From Bugula neritina (Eukaryota; Animalia; Bryozoa), in contig OZ037765.1 of NCBI GenBank assembly GCA_964035545.1, forward strand, positions 31,371,504-31,435,503: a stretch of 64,000 nt of DNA, written 5' to 3'. Below the pieces are notes generated by a model. The model was not told the DNA's origin, did not search any database, and was given only the letters and a program-made list of their open reading frames with translations. Numbering within the stretch: the stretch's first letter is position 1; every line of letters begins with the position of its first letter. Shown piece after piece: positions 1-13,413 of this stretch. Made by a program: the position numbers and the translations under genes.

Positions 1-59
1 GATTGTATTCTGTGTTAAAAAAGATCAAAATACAGTTGATCTGCTATAACCGGAATTTA

Positions 60-215
60 GGTACAGTAGTGAAGAAATTTTAAGAGCCAAAGCTTTTTAA
101 TTTCTTAATAAAGTTTGATTTGGGTTGAGGGTTGAAATTCCTCACGAGAACATAACTTCTTTTGCTACAGTTTTAATCTAGAACACACTTTTGTCAATTT
201 CTTCATTACTGCACC
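60..215. mobile_element. MITE family A copy 1 (~155 bp, TIR GGTGCAGTAATGRAGAAA, TA TSD)
   Basis: GGTACAGTAGTGAAGAAATT at 60 and the inverted AATTTCTTCATTACTGCACC ending at 215, with TA on both sides. Homologous copies at ~17134-17288 and 28498-28636. Confidence 0.75.
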
Positions 216-429
216 TACTTTTAATTTCATGACTGCATTGATTGCAGTTTGATAATAACTCTATGATTCAAACTAATTCAAAATGATTTCAATTCATTTC
301 TTAACTCCGAATACTTCAATCACAACAAATTTTTTCCACTCGGTCACTAAATAACACTTGATCATTCAAATGTAAATATTATCTAAAGACAACATTTTAA
401 CTAAGAAGAGTAAAGGAGAATAAAGCAAC

Positions 430-3153
430 CTGGCAATCATGGTGCCAGACACGCTGGTCTTCATTGCTGTGTTATAGTCTTCAAAGGACAGGATATCTCC
501 TCCCCCATACAGGGGCATAGGAGAAGACAACTTCGCACACTCATCTATGTAACTCCAGTCAGCACACTTTGTGTATCGTTGCTCTCTCGATCTACCATGT
601 AGCTGTAAGCATTCAATAGACAACCATTACTATGGAACTTCATCACATGACATGAAGTCATACTAAACTATTAAAACTTCATTCATTGATAGGATTTCAT
701 TTAAACCAACATGCATTTGACAAATGTACAAAAATAGATGAATGTAAAAACCATCAATATTTATATAAAATTGCATGCTACTAGTTCACTAGTACTAAAG
801 ACCATTTTTTAGTCCAATACACAACTAATATGTTTCAATTCAACAATAATGAAGTTTACACCCTGTGACTTGCACACTTTGAATTTCATGTAAAATTTTC
901 CTTTAACCCACCAACAACCAATACTGCTAGCATATACCTCAGTGCCAAATCCAGTGTGTTCAAAGTTGGGCATACATTATAAGACCAAATGTTAAAGATT
1001 TTAATCCTTGTATCTATTGCAACATACACACAAATGTGTATAAAACATACACTATAGCTACATGGTAAGTATGCATATAGCTACATGGTAACTTACAGTG
1101 GTGAGGGCAAGGTCCCAGGTTTTCATTTTGGTTACCAGGCTATGTGCAGTGCTTTTGTTTTCAGATATACCAGTGCGGATCTTTGCAGTAATTGGTATAT
1201 TCGACACATTTACCATCGCACGCACTATCTCATGGAACCTGTTCACTCGCCTCATTAATGCTGATCCTGAACCCTAGATAGTCGAGAGTCAAGATTGCAT
1301 ACAAATTTAATTGGTAATAACTTTTACTAACAAGTATTAAATAAGTATACAAAACATAAAAAAGACTATTTTAACTGATGATTAACTCATCACATTAGAA
1401 GAGAAATTCTGTAGTAAATAATAAGGAGGTCACGAACGTGCATATTGAAAACGTGAACGTGTAGTTGTCTCCCCCAGCCATATTGAGCATAAGTAAAAGA
1501 TGTCCACTAAATCGTATGACTGAAAGTTACGTAATTGTAGGAAGTTGTGGGTTGAACAAACCTGATCAAAAATCAGATCAATCGGACATCCTACATTAAT
1601 GTCTATAAAGTCCAGTTCACAAGTCTCTGTGAGGAGTTGTGTGCACTTTGACATAGAGTCGGCGAATGCCCCACACAGTTGAACACCAAAGACATCTTCT
1701 GAAGAATGACGCTTTACAAGAGCCCACTCTGATGAGACTCCCTGGAGAAGCTTTGTAGCTACCGCCATTTCTCCGCAAGTTATGTCAGCACCATATGTCT
1801 TGCATACACGACGAAAGGGGAGATTTCCAACCTGGTGAGACATATGCACAGCTTCACAGAATACTAGATAACTTAGAAGATGCACGATAATATGCAGTAC
1901 ATAGAACAGAATTAATGTAACCACTTACGGTAGTTAAGGGAGCAAGGTAGAGTTTGTTGTCAAAGTTGATGGTCTTTTTCTCACCAGGCTTAATAGTAAA
2001 CTCCTGCTCATCTGTGAGAGGCCCAACAGGGTTGCAAACTGCATCTTGAGACGTCTGCAGAATTGGTTCTTCGGAACAAGCAACACCATCGCTATTACTC
2101 ACCGAACCATTACTAACTGGCTTAATAATTTCACTGTCACTTGTAGCACAATCACTAACTGGCTTAGCACTTTCACTGTTACTTGTAGCACAATCACTAA
2201 CGGGCTTAGTACTGTCACTGTTACTTGTAGAATCATTACTAACTGGCTTAGTACTTTCACTTTCACTCACAGTGACTGTGTCACCTGAATCTTTAGTCGA
2301 TTTGTCTACTTCTTCAGTTTTGCCATTAGCACTACTCTCAAGCTTTTTTGTAGAATTAATTTCAACATTCCGCCTGACTATCTTATCGACAAACTCCTGA
2401 GCTTCCTTTGTAGCGGCTGCAGAATTAGAGAAATCATACTTGCGTTTCTTAAGTAGCATCATATTGTCCTTATTTAAAGAGTTGACAGACTTGCTGTTCG
2501 AGACGACATCTTTGTTAGTCATATTAGTATAGTTTCCATCCACAAGCTGTACATGAGACTGAGCAAACCGGCAGGCAAAACTATACTGACAGTAGCCATG
2601 TGCTTTATAGTTGACACACTCCCCGGGCAAATCAGCCGGCTTTTGAGATATAAACTTTGCTATGTCGTGAGAAAACTTGCACACATCACCGTATGAGCAG
2701 GTGGTTCCACATAAAACCGCCTTACACAGCCTGTCAGCCTGTGCAGGTCTCTGATTACTGAACTTTTCACGCTGCTTGTTTTGACCTTTACGCCTTCGCT
2801 TCTTTGCATTACCACCATCTGTGTCATGGGCACGTTTCTCAGACGTTGGCTCAGCAGCAGGTACACTTTCATCTTTCTCAGTAGCATTCAACGTGAGTTC
2901 AGATGCTGGCTGGGACGCTGGAGTACTTTCAGCTTTATTAGAAGTATTTAAAGCGATCTCTTCAACTTTTGCTGAAGCCACTAAGTATCTGTAGAGACAA
3001 AAAAGTTTAAATTGCACAATAAGTGATAATTACATAATTCAAAAATATATGAGCATCGGTTATTCTAAATTACCAAAAGAACACTTCAATTTTTCATAAT
3101 TTTGTAAACTCTAATTTTACTCACTCTGATTTGATTGGAGCAACACCCTTCAT
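430..3153 (-). CDS. DUS3L: tRNA-dihydrouridine(47) synthase DUS3-like, 5' part; coding exons 3153-3125, 2988-1929, 1831-1562, 1273-1097, 602-430; continues off the left edge
   Basis: The spliced translation gives [12 protein letters not shown], two CCCH zinc fingers ([20 protein letters not shown]; [22 protein letters not shown]) and Dus motifs [40 protein letters not shown] and [10 protein letters not shown]. All junctions are GT-AG and in phase. Confidence 0.95.
2090..2262 (-). repeat. Coding tandem repeat in DUS3L, ~4 x 42 bp (14 aa, S[TA]KPVS[ND]xxxS[ND]S[DE])
   Basis: [14 protein letters not shown] / [14 protein letters not shown] / [14 protein letters not shown] / [14 protein letters not shown] in the linker between the zinc fingers and the Dus domain. 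Confidence 0.85.
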
Positions 3154-4489
3154 AGCAAGTGTCTAAAACAACTCATTCACTTGTATTCTCTAATCTAAAA
3201 TTATACAACAATCATTTTTCAATAAGAAATTTGTGCATAAAACAAATATTAGTGTTTTGCCCACGTGCAACTTTATATTGGAGAATTCATACTGAGCAAA
3301 TAAAAGTCACATCATACAGTGTGAGAATCACTAATATTTCACATTAACAGCACTTTTTGCTGTTATAGCAAAGGGTTTACATATACAGCATATCTTTAAA
3401 CTATGTCTTACAGAGCGAACAAGTATGTTCACAGTTTTTCACTCTAACTTTTGTTACTATTAAGTACTGTTGTAAAAAATGTCCATATATAAACAAGCAA
3501 CTTCAGCAACCACAATGAGGTGTTTTGTGCTTTTACTGATAACAGTATAAGTAATTGTTCGCATGGGCAAGTCTCACTTAGCCAACAGTTGACAAAGTGT
3601 GTTTAGTTAGAGAACATAAAGACATCTAAAGTAGGCAGAAAACTGAACCAGCATATAAAACATCTGTTTTACACAGTTGCTGATCTGGACTTTTTTGCTA
3701 CACATAAAAGCTTTTCCCCAAGTTTTCGCTTATAGCATCAGTTTTTTCTGCTAACCCATGCACCACAGACAGTAAAGAGAAAACATATTTAGTTTTAATC
3801 CAATGATGGGTTTTCTTACTATATTAATATTGCCCTTTATTTAAAACATATTGGCACAATGAGTGTACAAATTTTATCTATTTTTGTGGTTTGTCGCAAC
3901 CTCTAAAACATACTATTTTTAGCCAAATTCTTCTGAACAGGCCTTATCATTATGATGTCTCAGCCTCTGCGTTGACCAAAACAAGTAAGTGTTGTGACCC
4001 ATGCAGTTAAATAGCCTAGTTAGCCCGGATCTATCCCCCACTTACATTTAATTTTACTACATTAAATATTGAATCTAAATGAGCATAATTTATTAATTAT
4101 GTTCACATTATTATTTACATCATAGTGACACTGATAGTCATAGCGACAGTAAACTACTGACTAGTCAGTCTGACTACACTCTACAGCAACACAACAGTAG
4201 TTAATCATAATGCTTAGTCTAATAAGTTATAATTTCTTTCCTAGATTTAGAGTCCGTAATACTAGTAGTAATAGTAATACTAATACTAATAGTAATAGTT
4301 ATAGTATCACCATCACCCTCAGTATCACTATGACTACGAGTATCACTATGACTATGCCTATGGCTATTGGTATCACCACAAGTATGACTATCACTATCAG
4401 ACAGCATCAATATCAATATGAGAAACACTAATAGTAATAGTAACTACTAATTAGTAATTACTATTAGCAATCCTAATTTAACTTGAAGT

Positions 4490-5010
4490 TTACCTGTTTA
4501 ACTTAGTCTTTAGTCTAAGTGATTGATCTTGGCGACTTGGCGATTTGCTGAAATTGAAAAGTGAATTATCAATTGGAGTATCACTATCGTCAGACTCAGT
4601 CTGTTATAGGGATTTGGTCAGAAATTCAGCATTTATTGTAATCAAAATCTTGATCGACTAATAGTAAAACTAACTCAATTTTAAAGTTTACCACCGTTTG
4701 GTAATAATAAATTATTAATTCATATGCCAAAACAGAAACTCGTGCAGTCTTTGCTGTACCCTAACAAAGCTGTTTTACGACGCAATTTAAAAGTAGCACG
4801 TGTTCTAATAAAATTAACGTACTAACCGTGAGGGGTGAAGAAGTCAACACGAAAATCTTGCCAAATCCTTACCAGGACGCAGCATTCATGCCCTTTAACC
4901 CCTTGTCAAGGCGGAGCAAAGGTGAAATGCTTATTGTTATTGTACGATGACAACTAGCCACTGCTACTGCTACTACTGCTAGTACTAGCAGCTGCTTTGG
5001 GTAAGATAAA
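4490..5010. promoter_or_regulatory. Probable bidirectional promoter of DUS3L (-) and AGMO (+)
   Basis: The genes are head-to-head. A GC/CpG-richer island lies between two low-complexity tracts, with a candidate + strand donor (GG|GTAAGA, ~5000) and a candidate - strand donor (~4492). The TSS positions are inferred. Confidence 0.45.
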
Positions 5011-5929
5011 GATAAATAGTGACGTGCAGTTATAATTTATAAACCTTCAGTTGTATAAGTATACTAGTAGTAGTAGTAATACTAATACTTAGTCCTACAG
5101 TAGCTGTTAGCTAGAGTCACAGAGTCAGTCATTGTCATTGTGATTGTTAATAAAATAAAATATAAGTATAACTATTAACTAATACTAATAGTACTATACT
5201 ATAAGTATAAGTATAACTATACGTATAACTATATGGATAGTCATGCTCATAGTGATAGTCATACTCATAATCATGACTTATGGACTATGGTGATACTGAT
5301 AGTGATACTGATAGTGGCATATTGAATTTGATATTCTCATTCTGTGAGCTGTGGACTTGGTATTAGTAATACTAATACTAATACTATTAGTATTACTAAT
5401 ACTTATTACTATTAGTAATAGTAATAAGTTGTTTTAAAATAACAATGTAATTGTAAAAATAAGACATTTACTTTGAAACTGAAAAAAGGACTGAACCCAA
5501 GAAAGTTATTGTGATAGTTGATAAGCATAATGCAGAAAAAAGATCAATGTTGTTAGAGAGAAAATACTTACTCCTAGGCGTACAAGCTGAGGCGATTTTT
5601 TTAATTCTAAGAGCAAATAGTAGTACAATACATAATATTAATATAGTTGAATTAGTGCTAGCAATACTCTAATAGTATTAGTATTACTACTACTACTAAT
5701 GGCAATAGTAGTACTAGTAGTGGGAAGCCGAATGCAGTACTAGTACTAATAGTAATAATTACTAAGTTATACTAATACTAATAGTAATAGTATTACTTAT
5801 AGTTATTAGGCCTACTACATGGTCTGCTCGCTTATACTATTTCTGGTTGAACCTATAGACTAAAGAGTTTTCATGTATGAAATTATCTTCCTAGTGGATA
5901 GTAGGTGATTATAGTCGCACTGCCATGTT

Positions 5930-6450
5930 TTTACTGCAGATTTGTTAGTTTCAAAATGTGCATCATAGTTTCTTCACTTTTTTCACTCATAGCTCCATAT
6001 TCACCCATCTTTCTTAAGTCAGCCTGTTTCTTTCCAATTAACTGTGTTTAGTTGTTCATTTCTCCGTATATTTGTAGTCTTACCAGTATAAAAATTTCCA
6101 ACACTCTAACTCCAGAAACGACTTTACTTTACATGGTCAAGATTATTCCATTCTAATTCACTCCAACCACATTCTCAATACACATCATACTCCAATCTCC
6201 TTTGCCAGTATATAGAGTCTGTCAGCATCTGCTTTTCGGTGTAATGTTTTGTTCATGGACATCAGTTTTCTTATCTGTCTCTACTCTTTTACCTCTTTAC
6301 AGTTCAATCTTGTATTCCAGCAGCATATCAGATAACTCCAAAACTCAACAGCTGCTGTAGCTATTGCATTAACTCAATTTTCTGCATTTAAACCAGTTCT
6401 TATTTGCTTTTCAAATTTCTAATAATAATGAGTCATCACTTTACCCTCTA
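5930..6450 (-). mobile_element. Degenerate non-LTR retrotransposon fragment (R4/Dong-like, post-RT region)
   Basis: The minus strand translates with stops and frameshifts to TGLNAEN*VNAIA...YAAGIQD*T...RKLMSMNKTLHRKADADRLYI, resembling the R4/Dong pattern LNxxNxxxAIN...YSAGIIxW...RKLMTMxxxLHPxADVDRLY. Confidence 0.7.
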
Positions 6451-6861
6451 CCACTTCCATGTGTCAGATCTGACTTCAGTAACAGATCAAAATGAAACAA
6501 AAGTTTATTTCATTTTAAACTAAGTTATTCCGTTAGGAATTATGTAGTCATACATTTGTTTGTGTTGAAACTTATGGTATTTCTTTGTATGTGGGGAATT
6601 TGCTTTTCATGCTATAATTTTTTTCAACTTTGTTGCATATTTCAAGATATTCATGACTTTTATAATACTAATCTGAAGTGGCAGGCCAACCAGTTGTCAT
6701 CATAAGTAGTAAAATATTTTTATTTTTATTTTGCCATGAAATTAAATAAATTTCAGTTTTTCTATTATTTATACTAATGTGATAAAATCTTAAAAGTAAA
6801 TATTAGTGCTAATAAGAATATTTGCAGAATTTCCTTTACAAAATAGAGCATTTGTCACCAG

Positions 6862-6937
6862 TTGTCATATATATGACACTAGTGACATCAGTTGCCATAT
6901 ATGGCAACTGATGTCACTAGTGTCATATATATGACAA
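6862..6937. repeat. Perfect 76-bp palindrome with no spacer
   Basis: TTGTCATATATATGACACTAGTGACATCAGTTGCCATA|TATGGCAACTGATGTCACTAGTGTCATATATATGACAA. Confidence 0.95.
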
Positions 6938-6982
6938 TTGGATGTTATTTACTTTGGTATTGTTACAGCACACTTAGTAAAC

Positions 6983-9900
6983 ATGGCGACCAATATCACA
7001 GACCTGCCGTTCTCTGTGAAGCTACAACGACTCTTCTACTTAATACCGCCCAGTGAGTCGATGTTTGCAACTCTTGAAGAAGTTCCAAATTATGTAGACG
7101 GGGTAACGTGTAATCATACTATCTATGTTATATGTTTTGATTAATAGTATTGTACGTATTGTTCTTTAACACAAAATATGTTCTGCTAAAAAATAGGGTT
7201 TAGATTTTATTGTAATTTAGTCTCGGCAAATGTTAACAAACTATTTATAAGAGAACATTGGAGTTTTTGGAATATTCAACAGCCTATTGACTTTTAAAGT
7301 AAGTCAGTAAGTTCAAGAACTTAGTTTCTGTTGTCTCAATATTAGGCCTTGCTCTTTGTCATGAGTACTGCTGCTGAAATTCTAATCATGTATTTGTGAG
7401 GCTGCAATGATTATTTTTTAGTCTTTGGCTGCCTTCCAAATGTTGATAGTCACAGAATTAGTTATCCTTTGGATTCAATGCAAGCCTCTTCCCAGAGTCA
7501 GCGATTTCATGTCATCAGTTGGAGCTGGCATGGCGTCAAGACTGACTGGGTACGACTATTACATCATACTGTAATACAGAATCATCTGCTGAATGCATCT
7601 TATTTTGAGCTACTTTTAGTCTTGGCAACTTTACCAGATATCAGCTTATTATAATATATCAGAAAATTTTATGGTTTCTAGCAGCTATAAGTTTTTTATT
7701 ATATCAGTGTAGGTTTTAGGATTTACCCAATTTATCGAAATAGGATTATGAGAATAGGTAGTTTCTAATACTAAAGAGTGAAATTTTTCAACTATTCAAT
7801 ATACAGTGCTCCTTCTATATGTTACGGATCCAGTTCTTACAAAATTTCTTAGGTCGCTAGAAAGGCTTGGACCTCCCTTTGTGGCTTATTTATGTGTGTA
7901 TAAGGACCAAATGGCCAAATTTAAGAGTTGAACTTGGTATTCTATTATTTCACGAATTGAGGTTTCAAGACCCGCAGCTTAGTGAGAGACAGAAGAAGCG
8001 CTGTATTATAATCACTTTCTAAAATTTATCAATTCTCATACATGGATTTGTTTCTCTTCTTGCTCGCCACATAAAATGTGATAGAGTAGATAGTTATTCT
8101 CTAATGATACTATATAAACTTACAAAGTATAAAATTCCGAACTGCCACCTATTCTTCACAGATTGGTAGTAAAAAGAGTGATAGACATCGCGGCATATAT
8201 TTACATTTGGGAGAACTACCGACTTTTTGAGTTGCCGTGGGACTCGGTTTGGACTTGGATCTTCACTCTATTAGCTGTGGACTTTGGCTATTACTGGCTA
8301 CACAGATGTGCTCATGGTATGTGTGTTGGGTACAGCATGTTGTGTATTGGTTATATTGTATATGTTGGGTACAGCATGTTGTGTATTGGTTGTATTGTAT
8401 GACAACTAGAGTCAAACTCTTCAAGTCTTTAGTCTTTCAATAGTTTGTGGAAGATTAAATACAGACAGAGGTATAACTTTTAGTGTACTGTTTGACATTT
8501 GACTAGACTTGTGTATAGATTAACATGAGATAAGAAGACCTGTTGTTGACTTATAAAGGCCATAAATGCATGCTATCTCTTCTGCTACCAACTAAAACAG
8601 ATATGTGTGTGTTGTGTGCAGTATATTAGTTCTTATTGTATCGTTATGTCACTATGCAGATGATGATAACAGTTATACACTAACAATTATGTAGAGTAAG
8701 GAAGGCAAATAAATAATGTAAAAAGTTTATGACAATTATTACTTGGCTTATAAATTATTTAATTACTTAATAACTGCACAAACAAGATGTAGCAAAACAT
8801 GGCGGTATACCAAGAGAGTAATCTCATATTCATCTTCTGCAGAAGTTAACTTCATGTGGGCCGCCCACCAGGTACACCACAGTTCTGAAGATTATAATCT
8901 TTCAACTGCTTTGAGGCAGTCAGTACTGCAATCCTACAGCTCCTGGGTGCGTATCACTTCTCACTTTATCTTATCTCTTCTTTAAGGATAATATTATAGA
9001 ATGTTTGCTGCAAATGGTAATGACCAAAGCCTACTGTCATATTCACATAAACATTCCAATTTGAATAGGTATTTACTGAATCATAGCCCAAAATTTGTCA
9101 TCAATTGATTTTTATCCATTGTGTTGAAGACGCAATGAAAAAATTATGTTTTAGTCGGAAGGTACATATGCATCAAACATTATTGTACTTCTTTATCATT
9201 TATAGTGACCTTTGTTCTTTGCTATGTTATCATTTTTAATACTATTTCAATGTCAACTGTATGGGGAAACAATATATACATTTTACTAGTTGTGTATAAT
9301 TGTATCAAGTTGTCAAATTTTGCTGTAGTCTGCAGAGTTTAATCATTGACTTGGCTTTTCATGGAGTTGCTCTTGTATTAAGAGATACAGTTTTAAAGAT
9401 TTCAAGTTAAAAGCTTAAAATTAATATCAAGTGTGTAAGCTAACATTAATTAAATAGTGTTCTCTTTTTTGTCCAGCTATGGCAAGCAATCTGCAAAAAC
9501 TTATAAATAAAGAACCTTTTTTATTTCATAACTAGTTTGAAGCTTGCTTCTTTGGTTAAATTAGAAAAAAATTCACACTAAAACTTACTACTTTATATTT
9601 GTACTGTCTGCATGCAGTACTTATGTTTCAATGCAAATGAAATGTTGATTTTAGATAACGTATCAGACTTTGGTTTCTTACGCACTCTCATGTTGTGTTT
9701 CATTATTGAATTTGTGATGTTGTTATAGATATTTTACATGCCATTAGCCCTCTTTGTACCTCCACCAATCTATCACGTACATCAGCAGTTCAACCTTCTC
9801 TACCAGTTCTGGATTCACACAGAAGTAAGGAATCACCTTGTTTTCTGCGTCGTCAATATAATATTTTAGATACAATTTTTTTAGTATTTTAAGGTTCAAA

Positions 9901-12896
9901 TTTACTAGTACTAAAACTTCTCATCAACAAACTGTTTTCCCCTTCTTGCCAAACTTCAAGAGTTAAAGAATTCCTAACACACTTCATCTATGCAGTATTA
10001 AAATGTTCATATATATCTTAGCTATCATCTACAGAGTGTTTAAGGGTTGTATGCTCAAACAATTTTTTTTTATAATGAATTTTGTGCAGACATTTGGGAT
10101 TCCTGGTCGCTTGTTGAGAAAATTTCCAGTCCAGTCTTGAAATTTTCAAAAAAATATCTGTTCTTATCAGCTGACAGACTGACCACTAATTCTTTTAACA
10201 AAGTTGTTGAAAGATGCTACAAATTTCTAATTAAAACAAATTTTCCTTCAGTTTACAGACTAGTGTTGATGTTTGTTTTCTACAGACGATAGGTTGGCTG
10301 GGTCCTCTCGAGTATATAATAAACACTCCCAGTGCTCACAGAGTTCATCATGGCCGAAATCGATACTGTATTGACAAAAACTACGGAGGCACTTTTATAT
10401 TCTTTGATATATTATTCGGTACGTATTGAGCACTTTCATCTGTATTACACAAGCATAACTTATAAAGTATGCATGTGATGGTGCGTGATGTCCTGTGTTA
10501 GGTTACTGTTTCGTGGTTTTTATGTGGAATGATTTGTAGGACTTGCCCTTAAAAAAATAAGTTTGACAACCATTACAATATTTAAATATTTTAGTGTTTT
10601 CACTGTTCTGTGTGGTATTTCAGGGACATATGAAGCTGAAAAACGAGATCACTTGAAAGACAAAGTTGTTTTTGGTTTATTACATCCAATAGAATCTAGG
10701 AATCCATTTTACATCCAGGTATTTCATCTGAAAATTATATTTCATGCTTTTGCAGTGTGTAAATACAGAAATCTAAGGATTTGCGGATTCTACATGTGAC
10801 CTATATACTTCCTGTGTAAAAGTTAGTTCGTTAAATTTCAGCCACCGGGAGAGATTGTTGATGTCAAACAATGTTACATTACAATAAGAACTCTTGAAGT
10901 TATACAGTTGTATTGGTTGAGGGTTGTCATACTATTTCACAATCTACTACAGTGACTGATGTTTTAGTTATGTCACTGGTGGTATATTATAACCACAATT
11001 TGGAACAGACCAGGTCTAACGAACAAGTTGAAGACGTTGGTGTATGGACCAGGTTGGGAGCCAGGCACACCTAGGTTAGGCATCTTAACAAACCAACCAG
11101 ATGTAAGTGAGTTCTACATAGTGATAAACTATGGAACTAATTCCTAATTCCTATTTTTAATAGTTGTTTTCCTAGCATATATTGTATGAAAATAATTTTG
11201 ATTTTTTGAAGTTTTTTTATTTTTTAAAAAAGTATTTTACATAATGAAAACAAAAATGTTGTGAGCAGTCACAAATCATGAAGTAACACAAACAGTAATA
11301 ATAATAATAATAAGTTTTCCTACAACACCTGTTATACCTGTTATAGTTATGTAATATAATAGTTTATAGGGTAGCCGTAATATAATAATGATAATAATAA
11401 TAATAATAATAATACTGTAATCAATGATATCAACTCACTTTTACTGTAATGATACGTGGGGGAGGATGGATTTTAAATAAAATAGCTTATAAAAATCAGT
11501 AATACTAGATATGTTCTATCTATTTTGTGATTAATATAATGTTTCAATATAGCAAAGTACTTAATTAATGTTGAGAAATACGCATATACGTTCTTTATCT
11601 GCATAAAAATTCCTAACATTATTTTATTTATACTCATCCGTTTAACAAGATTCAACTTATTGCTTGTTATACTGTAGATTCATTATCCACAGCCCAAGTA
11701 CGAAACTCCAGTGCCCATGTGGTACAATGTCTATTCCATCGTGCATTTTGCTGCAATGTCTGTTGTTAATCAGATAGCTCACGAGAATCGTAGTGTAAGT
11801 CAGCTGATGCTCTCCATTTGTAGCATTACACGTGGGTGTGGGTGTGTGTGCGTGCGCACGCGTGCCTGTGTGTTTACTTGTGGTTGTGTGTGTGTGGGCG
11901 CGTGAGATAGTAATGTACAATTCTGTGCTGAAATGTATGTAATAAAAACGTTATAATTTGTTTCATTTTGTTATCTTTTAGACGCTGAGTCAGTTTGACA
12001 TCATGATGTCCATAATATTTATACTAGCAACCTTGACCTGTCTTGGTTCTCTGTTTGATAAAAGGTTGGTAATATTATCTTCTATATTGCACATGTATGC
12101 TAATATGGCTGGCATTATCATTATTATTCTAAGAGCGACAGCACGCCATATTCACATTACAAATTGATAAAGTTACTGTTCAAATCTCACTTTACTGTGC
12201 TGAGATGTCTCGCATATAATTTGAAATTCATTAAAAAATTAATAATGGTATAGATACAAATAGATACAAAATTGCATATTTTTGATGTTTGTTGAATAGG
12301 TTATTTATTACAGGGTACTACAATAAAATTTAAATTTTGAGCCTAACATTGCACTGTAAACTTGTATTTTTCAGTCCATTTAAAATATTTTGCATAAAGG
12401 AGGTGTAATCACAATCTTTTAATGCAAAAACACATAAATATAACAGCGAAAGATGATGTGTTTATTAAAAGAACTGGTGCAAATTAAAATGTACCTCTGT
12501 GAGTTTAGCAACCATGCCTATACCTTCTTGTCTTACTGTCAGAGTAATACTGTGGTATAGTGATATCACTGGGTATGATTAGTAACGTTAGAGTTTTAGT
12601 TTCATTCTACTCACTTTTGTTTTGGTATGCATCTTAGTGCATGTAGATGTGTAATTATTCTGTCTACTTCTAGTTTCACTTCCTATTTCAGTATGTGTGC
12701 TAATTCTTTTTGTAGATGGTATGCTCCATACTTGGAGTTCCTGAGATGCTTTGCAGTATCCTGCTTCCTGTTGTATAAACTAGACTTGTTCCAAGGGTTC
12801 ACGTTTCCTGTGCTCATCATGTTCACAACGTCAGCAGTCATCTTTGCAACAATCATTTTACGTCACAACTCTGCTATGACTAAGAAAGTGGAGTAG
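6983..12896 (+). CDS. AGMO: Alkylglycerol monooxygenase (TMEM195), 448 aa; exons 6983-7102, 7422-7549, 8162-8316, 8843-8946, 9729-9824, 10286-10418, 10624-10718, 10968-11102, 11678-11794, 11982-12064, 12716-12896
   Basis: Fatty-acid-hydroxylase His boxes [44 protein letters not shown] and [23 protein letters not shown], plus GPGWEPG. All 10 introns are GT-AG and in phase. Confidence 0.96.
8318..8400. repeat. Two-copy tandem duplication (~40 bp) at the start of AGMO intron 3
   Basis: TGTTGGGTACAGCATGTTGTGTATTGGTT(A/G)TATTGTAT occurs twice. Confidence 0.85.
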
Positions 12897-13413
12897 CTTT
12901 CACCTCTAATTGACACATTCTATAAAAATGATACGGGTGGCACTTTATATATACCAGAATACATTCAAGTGATTTTGTTTATGCTACTGGTGGTCAAATA
13001 AATTATTTATTATTTATTGATTATGCTGCTCTGTATAATCTGACAAATCTGAGAATCATGCATGGTGCAAATTGTTTGAACTTTATTTTTAAGGTGTCCC
13101 AAAACTTAATATTTCTATTTTGATACTTTTTATTAGTAAATATATTTATTGAAAACATTGTTTTAGCATTATCACAGACAATAAAAATTTAAAAATACAA
13201 AAAAATATTCTTTTTACTATGTATGCAAAAGAAAATATAAATAATATCTCCATAAAAAACATATTTGGAAAAATGAGCAAAGTTGAATATCATTCCATAA
13301 TTTATGACTAAAAAACTGTTCTTCAAAAAATAAATCCCAGGTTGACAACAAAGTGTCATCATAGCTGGAGTACGAAGTTCACCAAATGATACTAAACTCT
13401 AAAGCATAAGGTA

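Noticed and set aside
4210-4431. Ser/Thr/Ile-rich small ORFs on both strands
   Set aside because: Low-complexity hexamer repeats with no coding signal.
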